From Camelus ferus (lineage: Eukaryota), in contig NC_045712.1 in NCBI RefSeq assembly GCF_009834535.1, positions 13,206,001 through 13,270,000 on the forward strand: DNA of 64,000 nt, written 5' to 3'. Below the pieces are notes generated by a model. That model was given only the letters and a program-made list of their open reading frames with translations. It was not told the origin of the DNA and made no database searches. Below, one piece after another: positions 50,231 through 64,000 of the stretch. The position numbers and the translations under genes are program-made. The stretch's first letter is position 1. Every line of letters starts with the position of its first letter.

Positions 50231-53122
50231 AGGACGGCCACTGTCTCATTATCAGAAATGCTTTTCGCTTTAGGGAATTCAAGTCTTAACTGGGGATGGA
50301 GTGTATTTCGATAGCTTTTCCCCTCCTGAAGGTTGGGACTTTTTTTTTTAAACCCTTCAGCTTGCACTCTGAATGTGTGTTCACAGGCAGAACACCTCAG
50401 TCGTAGGTGAAGTATGCAAAGCAGCCCCTCAACGGTATAGAGCGGGAAAAATTCTTGCCAGAGAAAGCCCTGTGCCAGGTCCTGAGTAGGAGATCATTTA
50501 TAGCAGTAGCCTCAGAAGGTATAAGAGTTTTTAGAAGCCCACAGTTGAAAAAATAAATGCCTAGGAGAAAAAAAATAGAGGTGTAGGGAGTAAAAATATA
50601 CCTGAAGTGCCCTTTCCACCTTATCTGTGTCCTTTCTCTACTCTCTCCCCATCTGAAATGTTTACGTTTTAATTTTTAAATGATATGTTTGCTGTTGCCT
50701 GGTTAAGAATGTAATTAAAATCCAAGTTAAGAGCCATTTGTCTTCACTGCCCTTGAATTCTAGAAGGGGTGATTATCCTGTCTCATCCAGAAGTTGGGGG
50801 CTTCAGCAGAGTATGGGGAACCATAGTTGTCCCGCCTATGCTGGGGGTTAACGCTGCTGGGTGCACTAGCCAAGGTAAAATAGGAAGCCAGGTGATTCCA
50901 GGAACTAGGAATCTATGCATCTATTTCCTTTTAGAATGGAATGAACTCTCAAAATGATCCATCTTCTTCATTAAATAAAAAATCATTTGTCATTTTCCCC
51001 AAGCACATTTATTAATTAACATGGAATATGACTGGCGGACAGGGAAGGGCTGGACAGGCTTTGAAATTTAATCTAGCTCTGTCTTGAAATGACTTGTCCA
51101 CATGGAACCTGAGGACCAGTGGTCACTTGCCAGCTAACATCTGCTAAGTGCTCCATCCCATTTGCTTCCTGCTCCAGTAGAACTTCACTTGCCTCCTTTA
51201 GTCTTGGTATATTGCTTCCTATTAAAGCCGTCTCCCCCGAGGTGTGTTCATTAGAGGCAGTGAGTCAAGCCAGGTCTATGCATGTGTGGCTGCAGTAACA
51301 AACACCCCATTACTAACTGTGTTTTTCTGAGCTATATTAATAACGTTATCATAGCATGTTGTGGGTGGGTGACTTGACCTCAAGGCAGGGTTTGGGGGGC
51401 TTGTTTTTAAGTTAATTTAAAATATTGATTTCTGCTTAATTTAAAAACAAAAAAGGCAGAGAAGGGAAAAGAAAACACTAGTTAGTTTCTTTTGAGGTAC
51501 AATTTGCACTCTGATGTTCTCAGGATTTTTGACTTCTCAGTGTCACTTTCTAGAATGAACTAGATGTTTCAGACGGGAGGCTATGCTTTATTTAACAAAT
51601 ATTTAATGTCTTCAATTCCAATTTGATCTTTGATTGTTCTCCTCCAGCTCTTATAATGAACAAATTAAACTTTCCTTAATACCTTGCACAAGACTTCTGT
51701 TCTGAGCTATACAGAGCTTCCCTCCTACTTGCCGTATGCTACCTTTCCCATGGGATTTGTCCTTGGAGATAGGCTAGACTTAATCAAGACCTTGAATTCC
51801 ATCCAGTAGGAAGGCTTCCCCCTGCACCTGCTTCTTGCCATTCCAAAAGACTGTTTAACTTCCTTTTTGAAAAAATTCTTTGACTTTGATCTTACATCCA
51901 GTAATACAGACTCAGGCAAATATTCAAAGGAACTGTAGCTCATTTTCCCACACATTTTATCCTTAAGCACTAAATTATGATGGAAGAGCCTGCTAAGTTA
52001 GTTTCAACATCTCCTATGTTAATTTTGTTACCCTTTCCCAAAGGTGGCTCGACTGTATTACTCTCTTTACAGTCCCCAGAAAGACAAACTCTCAGTTAGT
52101 GAATATGCACAAGAAACTTTGAAACACAGTATATGATTATCTGGAAACCCTATGTCAGGCCTGCAAGCCAGCTTTCCACCTCTCTTCTTAAAGTTATCCA
52201 CACTCTTCGTTGTGACACGAAATGTCTTAGAGCGCATGGTCAACCTTCAAATGTGCGTTCCTGATTTACCCTCTCGTAGCTTGTGTAGGAACTGATCAGG
52301 AGAAAGGAAGTGTTTAAAGAAGAGGGTTGAGGAATGATCTGAACCTAGCTTTGGTTCCCTGTCCTCAGCCTGAGTAGGTACCAGATTTTCTTACTCCTTT
52401 GAGGGGATTTTTGTGACCAAGGAGGAGGACGTCAGAGCTAATGGGCCATTTGGGCCCTTCTCTGAAAGCCCACGACACAGACTGATGGAGCAGAGGTCAT
52501 TAAAGGAAAAATAGGTGTCAACGTTGGGTGCCTTCTTGGCTCATCTCATAATTATGCCCTTTTTCTAAAGCTTTCATCATTCTGGCTAGAAATTCAGAAA
52601 GTCTGTTTGTCCATCAGGTGTTTTCAGTTTGAATTTTCGGTGCTAGCAGACTCGTATGCCTCACCAGACACCCGGTGATTATTTTTTCTAAATGGAGAAA
52701 GAACAAAACATTGGCAGAAACTTAAGCAACAGCTGGCAAAAAAATGAAGTGATGTGAGCGCAGGATGGATAAAAAAACCTCCCTCCCAGCTCTGGGTTTC
52801 ACATTCGCAGTCTCAAAATAAGCCCACAGCAAGTTATTTTGGGGCTTTTGAGAATCTTTGAAGTTGCCAAAGATCCCCAAATTGGCCATTAATGTAAGGA
52901 GGGAAGCTGGGGTTTTCCCCACGGTTTGAATCAGGAAAGGACGGGAATGATGAGCTATCATTTCAGGGCAGTAACTTCTTACAGAGACGCCCTGAACTTT
53001 GCCAATGTTTTGACCCTCGGCACAGAGTTCTCCTTAAATAACATTTGCTTAATGCTTTAATTAATTAACACTTAACCTTCTCTTTCCCTTTTCAACCCTT
53101 TTTCTCCTCCCTTCACTCTATT

Positions 53123-53278
53123 NNNNNNNNNNNNNNNNNNNNNNNNNNNNNNNNNNNNNNNNNNNNNNNNNNNNNNNNNNNNNNNNNNNNNNNNNNNNNN
53201 NNNNNNNNNNNNNNNNNNNNNNNNNNNNNNNNNNNNNNNNNNNNNNNNNNNNNNNNNNNNNNNNNNNNNNNNNNNNNN
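53123..53278. other. Assembly gap (156 N) covering the acceptor and 5' part of the PDZ4 exon
   Basis: N run between a pyrimidine tract and in-frame coding sequence. Confidence 1.
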
Positions 53279-53433
<155 letters not shown>

Positions 53434-53771
53434 TAGTGTTGACTTAGAGGCAGCCTTATCCATCCCTAACTGAACATGCCCATCAAACAAACGTGAGCCA
53501 CTGTTACTAAACCTTACCTCGCCCTCTTGACTTAATCCTCTAGCCCTGGGACCCTGTCTTGCTGCAGAGAGTCTTAAATTTTCCCCAGTTTATTTTGGTT
53601 TTGGTGCCCTTGTCTTTCAAATGACAGACTAGTTTGAATACAGGTGGTGAAGCTTCCCTGATGCCTGGAAATTATTAATGATGTTTTAAAAACAATTACT
53701 AAAACTTAAGTGTATATAATATGACAGCACAAAACTTATATAATGACAATACAGAACCAATGCTATGGTAG

Positions 53772-53812
53772 TTTTTGTTTGTTTGTTTGTTTGCTTGTTT
53801 TGTTTTGTTTTC
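53772..53812. repeat. (GTTT)n/(GTTTT)n simple repeat
   Basis: Read directly. Confidence 0.85.
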
Positions 53813-54012
53813 AGAATAAGTAGATATATTCAAGTGTTTTACTTAATGAGAGAGTCTTAGGATTTGTGTCTGCTTAGTTTGTCCCTAATGTTTTGCATGT
53901 GGATAAAGAAAGAAAAAAAAAACTCAGTATTTTTGATAGATTGTATCTACTTTAAAATAAGCATGTTCTTGTTTGTTTGTTTGATTAAATTCAGATATTT
54001 GGTTCTTATATA

Positions 54013-54175
54013 CCAGTGGCAATTCTGCCCTCCAAGGGACATTTGACATTGTCTGGAGTGGGTGCTAATGGCATGTAGTGAGTAGAGGCCAGTACACATC
54101 CTTTAGTACACAGGCTAGCTCCCCCCACCCCTCAAATTAAAAAGTTATCTAACAAAATATATCAATAGTCATTAT
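54013..54175 (+). mobile_element. MER20, internally deleted
   Basis: ttctgccctccaagggacatttgacattgtctggag...ggtgctaatggcatgtagtgagtagaggccag. Confidence 0.82.
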
Positions 54176-56558
54176 TCGTATTAATTAAAAATGAAGTTAA
54201 TATACTAATGTCACTAAGTATAGATCCTTCAGAGAATTAAGTCCTAAATATTGTCTTCCTTCTAAGCAGACTTTGCCCTTGGGAAGAAAGTGATACTTGT
54301 CCGAGAATGTTTCAGGGTCTTTTTTTTTTTTTCATTCTTCCTATGTAGGTTATAAAATAAAATGTATATGTTAAAAACTAGTGTGTTTTTCTAAAGAGGA
54401 AAATGTGGTTTGTGGAGATAGTGTGATAAAAATTCTATGCCATTGATCTGTAAAATAAGATAATCAAAGATGTTATCTGAAATTAATTCACAGATGAACA
54501 GTTACTAATTGTTAGAAAATGAGCTTTATTAGTTTAAAATTTGAGTGATACAGACTGTGCCTTCCAGAAAAAGTCAATCCAAAACCAAACAAAAAATATT
54601 TAAAAATTGTTCATTCCAAGAACAGAGAAGTTTCTCTGTGCCAAAAATATCCCATACCAAATGTGGAAGGAAAAAATAGCTTCTTGAATGATGGTCTATT
54701 TCAGCCTGCCTCAGAGGCATGGTTAGTAATTTACCATCTGGTCTGGAGTCCACTCTACCAATTCACCACTCTGGGAAGCTATTACAATTTAGAAGAGTGA
54801 TCACAAGATGATCGAACATAGGTTCCTAATGGAAAAGATGAAGGAAGCCAGAAAAATTCATTGACAAATGGTTGAGAGAGCCTAACGTAATATATAAATT
54901 GAGATACATTCATCTGCATGCTGTGGCGAGATTTCAAAAAACTAATTCAAAAGAATTGGACACAGGAATTGACTTGCTGGGTCTATGTTAAGTCAGTCTT
55001 AATGTGAGAATGAGAATTTCCAAAAAGGAAGGAAGGGAAGAAAGAACTCCTTGAGAGAAGGGCTTAGAAAAAGGGTTCACAGTCAGGAAAGACATAAATA
55101 CGCAGAAGTAACTTATACAACTGTGCATATATTTGTTGACTTAATTCAATGTTGTGCAATCGAAAATATTTTTTGGAAAATCTGAACATGCAAAAATATA
55201 AAGCAGGCTAGACTATGCAATAACAATTGTCAATAAAAAGACATTTTTTAAGCTTCAGTACTTGAAATATGTTAGAAGAAAGTAAACATTAAAGTTGATA
55301 CAGCGTAGTTAAGGATTGGTTTGCTGCTGAGGATGTGATTTTTATCCCAAGATATTTCAGGAATTCATTGCCATGATAATAAAACTCTTTATCAATTATC
55401 TTGTAATTTTCAAAGTCCAGGTGAAGGGCATCAAGTCTGGCAGATGGTGGATTTGTGATTCTCATCTTTCAACTGGGGCCCAAAATTGCCAACTTGGAAA
55501 TTAGAGTGAAGGCAGACATGTTAGTTTTCTAGAGAGATGTCGCAGCAATCCAGGAGGGTTTTGCAAAAACTTAGGAGAGAGGGACTGACCGTTACATTTT
55601 GATGAAGAGGAAATTGTGCTGGATCCACTACCTCTCCATGAAAAAGTGTGTTTGACGTGATAGACTGAAAGGTAAACGGCAGGTGTTCTCTCCATGGTAG
55701 GGACCTCTGGTCTCCTTCAGGTCTCTCACTCTAGTATTTAATCAGTCAAATAGCCGAGAGACATTTTACTGCATGATCCTCATGGGGAGACTGAAATTCT
55801 CCATCAGAGTGGCTTTGGAGCTCTTTGAAATCCATCTTGTCTGGGGTACTGTTCTCAGAAACCCAAGGAGGCACTTCAGAAAGATGCGTTCTGGGTTGTG
55901 CAGTGCTTGGAACCCAGTCCAAATCACTGCTTTATCTAGCTCATGCTGCCTAATTTTTTTTCTTGTTGTATCACTTCATTCTCCATCTTCACTTCTCTCA
56001 GTCTCCAGTTTCCCTCACTCTCCTTCTGCTATTTCTCTCTTACCTTTCTTGCTCTACCAGCCCTCCTCTTACAAAAGCTTTGAAACATGACCCCCTTGGT
56101 TTGGCATTATTGTGTTGTTAGAAAGCCTACCTTCAGAATTGCCAGACAGGCCTAGATCAGGGCAGTCCTGACCATCTCTGCTTTTACTACCTTGGGGACA
56201 AGGTTGGGAGACAAAGTAGGGGCAGATCTTATTCTCCTCTGAGATATGGCTGAGGGATAGGAAATGGACAGTGACAACACAGAAAGGCCTAAACAGGGGC
56301 TCAACATTACTGAATCTTGAAATTCGACAGGTCAAACCACACATGCTTCCTACCACTTGTATAGAAATACCCTCTAAAGTCTGGGGTGGGAGTGAGACTC
56401 TAGTCAGACAGGGCAGACCCTGACTAAGCCAGGCTAACATGGAATCATAAGTCTGAATGAGGTTCAAGGTACTGAAAATATTTATGAGCTTAAAGATGTA
56501 TTATTGAAATATGGTCTTAAATTTGTAGTTCACATCTCTCTATTTTAAAGTATTTGCT

Positions 56559-56671
56559 TGTCAGTGGTAGAGTGTGTGCTTGGCATGCACGAGGTCCTGG
56601 GTTCAATCCCCAGTACCTCTGTTAAAAATAAATAAATGAACCTAATCACCCCCCCAATTAAAAAAATAAAA
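56559..56671 (+). mobile_element. 5'-truncated Vic-1-like SINE
   Basis: Starts at tcagtggtagag; B box ggttcaatcccc; perfect 13-bp TSD taaagtatttgct at 56546-56558 and 56672-56684. Confidence 0.92.
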
Positions 56672-57799
56672 TAAAGTATTTGCTCATATAGGAAGTAGGA
56701 CTTGGAACACAGATACTGCTGTTTCCTTGGCAAGGGCATGAAAGAGTTTAATTATCTTAATAGGAGGCTCTGTGGATATGATAGCTAGCGTATACTCTGT
56801 CAGAAAGAACAGGGTTTCAATCATCCATATTTAAAAAGTCTCTCAAGACTCTTCAAATCTTTACGGGATTCAGATTTTCAGATGCTCCCTTCAGAGCATT
56901 TATTAAACATGTGTTTATGCATTAAAATATGTATGAAAGGAGTGATTGTCTCCTTTGTCGATTTGCTTGGCCTTGTAATCTGGATTCCGTAAGAGAGGCT
57001 GAGGACATGAACATGGGAGCAAGGTTAGAATTGTAATCACTTGTCACAGAGATAAGTTGAAATCCAAGATACACGCTCTTGCCATAGTTAGTGCCCTGAT
57101 GTAGCACGGCACCGTGGCAGTGCCTGGAGAGCTGGGACATGCTTCTCTTGATGCACAATTGCTAAGGAAAGAGCAGTAATACCCATTTTCATTCCTCTGG
57201 GAGAGCTAAAGCAGGTGTAACAACTGTTTAATAGAGGGTAGAGGGCGCTCTGGAATTTATTGCAAAAACAGCCAATCTGTCTGTCCATCTTGGAGTTTGA
57301 AAAGTCAGATACATTGACATCCCTTTCTAAAACTGCTGCTGGAGTGCATTCTTATATCAGGCCTTTCTTTTATTATTTTTTTCCTATTATAGGGGACAAA
57401 GTTTGCTTTGGGATAGAGATACAGATTTGTGATAATAGGCTTCATCTCTGTATTTTAAAAGCTGGAGAGAATTTTAACGCATACTGTCTTGGTTTAATTC
57501 TCAATGAAGACTTAAAAGTTCATTAAAATAAATATAACTTTATAGATATTAAAAAGCATCCTGGAAATCCAGGGTATACTAAAAATTATTTTAGTGCTTG
57601 GAATGTGGCCCATGTAATCTCCAAGTCAAAACCAGGGTGTTTTGTATTTTAATTAATTTGTGATACTGCTTAGTGAAGTTGGTTGTATATGTACATGAAG
57701 ATAAAAGTGCTTACTTATTTGAAGGGAATGTACCAATTAGCTACGATTTCCTTGAAACTAACACATAATTCCCTTGTAAACGGAATAAAACTGAAAGTT

Positions 57800-58025
57800 A
57801 ACCATCAGGCAGGCTCTGGGTTTAATTCCTAGCACCTCCACTTACTCTCTGAATGTCCTTGGACATGTTGCCTACTTCTTCTAAACCTCAGTGTCTCCAT
57901 CTCTAAAATGGGGGTAATAATTGGACCTGTCATTGGGTTGTGAGGATGAAATGAAATAGTCCATGTGATAATCACATAGCACAGTCCTTGGCACATTGTC
58001 TGATTGAGAAATGGTGGTGGTTCAT
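57800..58025 (+). mobile_element. MIR, near full length
   Basis: ctgggtttaattcctagcacctccacttact...tccttggacatgttg...aacctcagtgtctccatctctaaaatgggggtaataat...ggttgtgaggatgaaatga. Confidence 0.88.
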
Positions 58026-58684
58026 AGATTAAGAAAGACAACCAAAGGAGGAAAATTCAGTGGGCTCGAATAGGCATTTGCAAACTTAGTGTTCATTTTT
58101 GAAACACTTCAAGTTAAGCTTCAATCCAAATCAGATTTGCTTACAAATACTCAAAAAATAGCAAAGGAATGATAGGAGGAAAATTAATAAGAGTTCTACT
58201 TATACGTGTATTGAGTGATCGTTATACCTCATCAAGTCTTGAAAATGGCAGAAATATTAAAATTGTTTGAGAATAGAATCTGATCTGCCTAGAAAACTCT
58301 GGCTACCAAAAGCACCCAAGAACCTAAAGGCAAGCCTCTGCACAATTCAGTAATTATAATCACTTTAATTACAAGGAAACGTTCTTTTTGGTATCCTGAT
58401 TATGATTTCCCCATGGCCCGAGCAGTCTTCTGATCTCCCAGAGAGTCTCCATAAAATTAATTACAATGAACAATAAGAAGTTTTTCTTCTTTTCTTTTTT
58501 TAAAGAACAAATACACATGTTTATGGAACTTCTGGCAAACAGGCTGTAGTCTCTTAGTCCTCTGTACTGACACAGGGGGCGCACTTAGATCCATCACTTT
58601 GGTTGCACTAGTTAACTGCAACTAATAATATGCTCTTACCACTGTGCTAACAGTAATAAATCCATGCCACCAAGAAAAAAATAT

Positions 58685-58870
58685 GCTCACCTTTTTTGAG
58701 CAGCTTTTACGTGCCAGGCACGAACCCAAATACTTACTTCCCGCATAATCTTTGTGCCCATTTTCTTAGATCTTTCTGTTATCTCACATGGGCGGTTTGG
58801 GTCGCAAAGCCCGTCAGTCTGACTGTAGAATCTGACCTCATGACCATGATGCTGAACTGCCTCCCGCCAA
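58685..58870 (-). mobile_element. MIR fragment
   Basis: ttttttgagcagcttttacgtgccaggcac. Confidence 0.55.
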
Positions 58871-59295
58871 GCTTGAAACGCACCACCTGCTCCCCCACCT
58901 TAGAGAGTCACAAGGCTCACTGGCGCAGTTGAGGGCCCTGAAGAGTCCACAGGAAAAATAAAACGCAGTCACACAAAAACCTTTCTCTCTGTTTCACCCA
59001 TATTTCTCACCCTTATTTGACCACAGGTTACTGTTCCCTCAGAATCTGGAGCAATGCTTGATCAAACAGATTTTGTGGGTGACATCGTCCTAAAGCATGA
59101 ATGAGATTCACGTTGTTGTTCACTTGATCTGGTTCCATTTTCTTACTCATCTTGTGCCTTAGCTGCCAAAATTAAGCTCTAGGGCTAGAATCTAAACTGT
59201 TAAAACCATACTGCAACTTTCTCATTTTGCAGAGAGTTTAGATAACTTATACAAGTTCCCACAGTAATAATTACAAAGTAGAAGTAGTCGCAAGG

Positions 59296-59413
59296 TGAGG
59301 GGGTGGTATAGCTCAGTTGGTGAGCACATGCTTAGCATGCACAAGGTCCTGACTTCAATCCCGGTACCAATCCTGGTACCTCCAGTAAAACAATTTTTTT
59401 TAAAAAAAGAAAA
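59296..59413 (+). mobile_element. Vic-1-like SINE with an internal 12-bp duplication
   Basis: ggtatagctcagttggtgagcacatgcttagcatgcacaaggtcctg; TSD tagtcgcaagg / tagtagcaagg. Confidence 0.9.
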
Positions 59414-59434
59414 ATAGTAGCAAGGACCATAGCT

Positions 59435-59625
59435 GCAGTAAGTGTGAATTGAGTGCCTACTGTTATGTCAGGTACTGTGCTAAACCTTTCATATACTTTT
59501 ATCCAGGAAAATGGAATTATTGTCATCACCCTCTTCTATCAGATGAGGAAAATAAGGCACACAGCTAATGAGGGGGTGGGAAGGGATCTGAACCTGGATT
59601 TGAGTCTCCAGCCCATGTTTTTTAA
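59435..59625 (-). mobile_element. MIR
   Basis: ttgagtgcctactgttatgtcaggtactgtgctaaac...tatcagatgaggaaaataaggcac...gggatctgaacctgg. Confidence 0.8.
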
Positions 59626-60903
59626 TAACTTTGTGTAATGAAGATAGAATAACAGGAAGCCAGCCCCAAGCTGAGTAATAACCTCAGAAATTAAAGGAAG
59701 ATAGACCACACGTCATCGGAATTAGTGGGATGTCTTGTCACCCAAGACTGCAGTGGAGGGATGTAGTCCAGGTATCCCGGATAGGAATACTTACCATGCA
59801 CTTCCCATGGGAACTGTGTTGTATGTGGTGGGGAGATGCATGAATTCCACAAACATCAGAGCGCCTACTGTAAACTATAGGACTTCTCAAAAATTCTAGA
59901 CTTCAGGGCACACTATGAATTAACTGGGCATCTGTAGGCCAGTCTTAGAATTTCACCACCACATTTAGCATTTTCTTGATTAAAAAATTTGTGCTAAGTT
60001 CCAAACTGTCAACCTAAAAATAAATATTAAAAGTTTAACTCACTCATAGTTGCTTACTATCTGCCTTAATCATAATGGAGAAATAATTAGTGAAAGAACA
60101 TATAACCATTACTACGTGGATGATTACATTTTCATATATGCATGTTGGTTTACAGTCTATAGGCATGTTCATGAGTGTTTTCATATCCTGAGTCTCCAAA
60201 CTGTCAGAGATTAATGAAGTTGTTTATGAATATATTTAGTGGAGAAGAAAGTCAATTTACATAAGAATATAATCATATTCATTACATTAGGATGACTTCC
60301 TGATTTATATGATTGAGATTTACAAACTCTGGCTCTAACTAATGAAGTTTTAAAATGAACTTTTCATGAGTGATATTAGATGAGATCTCACGGTAATTTC
60401 ACATCTTCAGTTGTGCTTCATTTAAAAGCATTGGCAAAAGATAGTAGATGTTGTGTGCTTTTGTGTATTTAGCAAGATCTTAGCACACTTTTGGTTTTAA
60501 TATTCACATGAGAAAATCAAGCAGACTCACTCCGTATCGCTGATAAGTTGCAGGGCACATTAGCAGAGACATTTATTATCAGCCTGTAGAATTCTGGGAA
60601 ATAGTCCTTTTGGGGCCCAGTATTTTGATAGGACTGTCCTTTTTAAGTAGTGGGAGAGGAGTGCGAGGCACCTACCTTGGCTACAATTTTAGAGGACTAT
60701 TTTCTTAGGCAAACTCTTTATTTCATTTGTGGAGATGTCTGGTTGGGAGGAGGGTAATGAGGGTGTATGTGGCTCACATCATAGAACATCTTAGAATGGT
60801 CCTTGGACTCTTGTTTAGAAATTCAAGTCAGAAGTGTTGGAAGTGGTGACAGAGAAGCCAGACGTCATTCAGATGTGGGGCTTGTGCACACCTCCTGATT
60901 TGA

Positions 60904-61125
<222 letters not shown>

Positions 61126-61183
61126 TGATTCTTTCTCAGTCTCCCCACGGGTTGCTCTTAATTTATTTCTCTCTCTTTGGCAG

Positions 61184-61244
61184 GAATACCACCAAACCAA
61201 AGCCGGAATCTCAGTTTGAGTTCAAAGCACCCCAGGCAACACAG
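61184..61244 (+). CDS. MAGI1: MAGI1 exon, 61 nt, phase 2-0 (NTTKPKPESQFEFKAPQATQ)
   Basis: Acceptor ctttggcag|G after a 134-nt intron; donor CAG|gtgagg at 61245. Confidence 0.95.
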
Positions 61245-62211
61245 GTGAGGGCCGTTTCTCTTTTTCCCTTGTTTGCTTTTTACATTTCCTTCCAACTTTC
61301 TGAAGCTATTTTTACCAGATACCTTTTATAAGGTACCTTCAATTAAAATAAATAACCTTTTGTGAGGGGGATGTACTAAATATGTACTCACATTTGGTGG
61401 TCAAGGTAATGACATTTTACTACCTTTGAAAAATATTCCTAGACATCCTTTTCTAGGAAGGGGGGGAAAAAAGCAAAATAAAAAACTATAATTATCTCAA
61501 GGATTGGTGATCAGAGAAAGAGCAGAACTACCTGTTCATGGTCTTCACAAAGGCATTTATGTCAAGAGCATGTCTTTTTGTTGAGGTGTTTATTAGACTT
61601 GTGAATTTCAGATAAGATCCATAATTCTACCTCCCTGTCCCCCAAGGTGGTAATGGAGGGCACCCAAGTGATAGCAGGCGAAACAAATTTGGGAAATGTT
61701 GGGTGATACCGAGTTAAATCAATTCCTTGGTAGCTGGTCTTCTCAGAGCCTTCCCTCACCCACTCCTCATTCTCCTCATCCAGGATGGGAACCACTCTCT
61801 GGACATGTGGAAGTTGTTGGTATCCCAATGATGGGCCCTGCTGGCATTTTGGTGGGGGAGCATTCTTAGGGCATGGGGCAGGGAAGCTGAACACCCAGCA
61901 ACGTACCTGGTGGTATCCTAATGGAGGATTTTCCTGCTGCAAATGTGAGTCGCAGCCTCACTGATTAAGTTTTAATGTATGCACGTCGGTGTGTATGTGC
62001 GCACGTTCCTGCGTGTTTTCACATACTGAAGCTCCGACTCTTAAGCTTAATGGATATTAATAAACAATGGAGAACCATCAAGAAGGGGATAAAGATGGTG
62101 CCTTTTTTGTCAAGTGAGCTTAATGGAGAAGAAGAAGAATAATTGGAGGAGATAGAAATGTGTGTGGATTTAAGTTCTCCCAGAATGACTGCACTTAATT
62201 TCTTCAAATAG

Positions 62212-62364
<153 letters not shown>

Positions 62365-63559
62365 TAGAGGAGTCTGGAGTGGATGTAAATAAGTCAGCTA
62401 CAGTGACTGCTTACATCTTATGGTTGGAATCTACAGCTTTCAGGACATTCTTAACTGCATGACCCCCACCCTGGCGTGAATGTCTTCCTTGATCATTGGT
62501 CGTTGTTACTGGTGAAGTTAGGTGAGCTTTTCCAGTTCTGAGGATGAATGAAGGATTAAAATGACTTATAAACTTATTAAAGTAGATATTTTCTGAATCC
62601 CCTTTCCATAATTCATATACTTAATCTCAGGGGACATGCACTTCACAGGAATTCCTGGGAATACCAGCGTTCTTAGAGAGCCAGAAGGCTGGGTGGTTCT
62701 GTAGGTGCTGGGTGGAGAGCTCCATTCAGTCTCTATAGTTTGTCACCAGCCGCCTTCCTCTGGCCTCAGCAACAGCAGAGATGCCATTAGCAGAGAGCCA
62801 ACAACTCCATGGCGTAAATATTCAAAGTTGGCTGATAGTAGTTAAAGCTGCAAATTTTAAATGCACTCATGCCAGAAGTCCATTCTGTTCTGTTCAGATA
62901 TCTTACATCTCTTACCACGTATGAATATGATGCTCTCCTGGGCAGATCAGATGATTAAAAGAGGAAGAAAACATCTGCTCACTAAAGATACGGAACATAG
63001 ATGGAGACATACACATAGGGAGCAATTTGCTATGGATTGAAAGAAATAGAGAGTCAGGTCAGGAAAGGAAAAAAGCGAATAAAATTAGTCCTGAGCAGAA
63101 AGAGGGGGAAAAGTCACCAAAGGTGGAGAACTTAACACTTGGAACTTAAGACAGAATCTTGAATTTTAAGTTTCTTCAGACTGAATTTTTTAATGAGCTT
63201 TCTTCCTTTTTTTTTTTTTAAGTTGAGGAAGTAGACCATGAATATTGTTTTTTAAAAATAGAGAAAAATAGTACATAGTAAAAATATCATTTCCAGGGTC
63301 AAACTATATACCAGTTCCTTATATGCATACACATGCACAATCTGCATATACAAGGGAATATGTACAGTGGTGTACTCCTTTTTTAAAAATTTCAAACACA
63401 TGGCATATGCTTTTCAATATCTTTACTCACTTAACACGTTGATCACCCACTGTGGATTGGGTGTTAAAAAAGTCTCTGACTGAATGAAATACTGTTAAGA
63501 TATTTTGTATGATGTTGTATAATTCACAAGACACGTTGACATGTAGTATTTGATTGGAC

Positions 63560-63720
63560 CTGCTCAGCTTGGTAGGCATGAGTTGTCAGAACCTCCACTT
63601 GTACGGATGAGGAAGTGAACACCAAAAAGGCAGAGGACTTGGAAAAGGTCACTCAGCTAAGAAGTGGTGTAGGACTCAGAGCCATTGCTTTAAACTCCAA
63701 AGCCAGTGCTTTTTCTCATC
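63560..63720 (-). mobile_element. MIR
   Basis: cggatgaggaagtgaacacc...gacttggaaaaggtcactcagctaagaagtggtg. Confidence 0.75.
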
Positions 63721-63829
63721 TGCCTTCCAGAGTACGTGCTCCATGCGCCCAGCGACCTTGCCTGTCTTCTTCACTCCTTTATCTTCAGTGCCTAGAACAG
63801 CAGCTGACACATAGTGAATGCTGCAGTCA

Positions 63830-64000
63830 GTGTATCAGCCAGGAGTTTAGCCTCATCTCAAAGGCTCGGCTGGGGAAGGTTTTTGCCTTGAAGCTCACTT
63901 ATAAGATTGTTGGCTGGGTTCAGTGCATCCTGGGCTCTTGGCCCAAATCCTTCCTCATTTCTTCATCGTGGATGCTGTAGGACAGCTCCCAGCCTGCATC
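63830..64000. mobile_element. Possible MLT1 (MaLR) LTR fragment running off the window end
   Basis: aagctcacttataagattgttggctgggttcagt resembles an MLT1 motif. Confidence 0.4.

Noticed and set aside
54690-55330. Possible L3/CR1 or hAT transposase remnant
   Set aside because: Too degraded to assign by eye; needs RepeatMasker or Dfam.

Overview
Mammalian genomic DNA covering the middle and 3' part of MAGI1 (a MAGUK scaffold with WW and PDZ domains) on the + strand, from the PDZ1 exon to the first PDZ5 exon (PDZ0-5 numbering). Eleven coding exons are recognisable by translation and GT-AG boundaries; one of them has its 5' part inside an N-gap. A twelfth expected exon (start of PDZ3) is absent from the called bases and probably lies in another gap. 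About 97% of the window is intron, with old repeats (L2, MIR, MER3, MER20, MER58A, MER5, Tigger1-like) and younger lineage-specific ones (tRNA-Ala-derived SINEs of the Vic-1 type, short L1 3' ends). These point to a camelid draft assembly (inference). I found no prokaryote-style system, CRISPR array, true tRNA/rRNA gene or second protein-coding gene, and nothing here shows a new biological system. The best leads are: (1) a +1 frameshift in a core MAGI1 exon, probably an assembly error; (2) three of four gaps abutting or swallowing exons; (3) candidate unannotated micro, poison and terminal exons, including a 23-nt candidate that is phase-interchangeable with the 32-nt exon; (4) splicing-regulatory motif clusters around the short and alternative exons; (5) an intragenic CpG island on one exon. 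Repeat boundaries are approximate, family names come from recalled consensus sequences, and no conservation or expression data were available.
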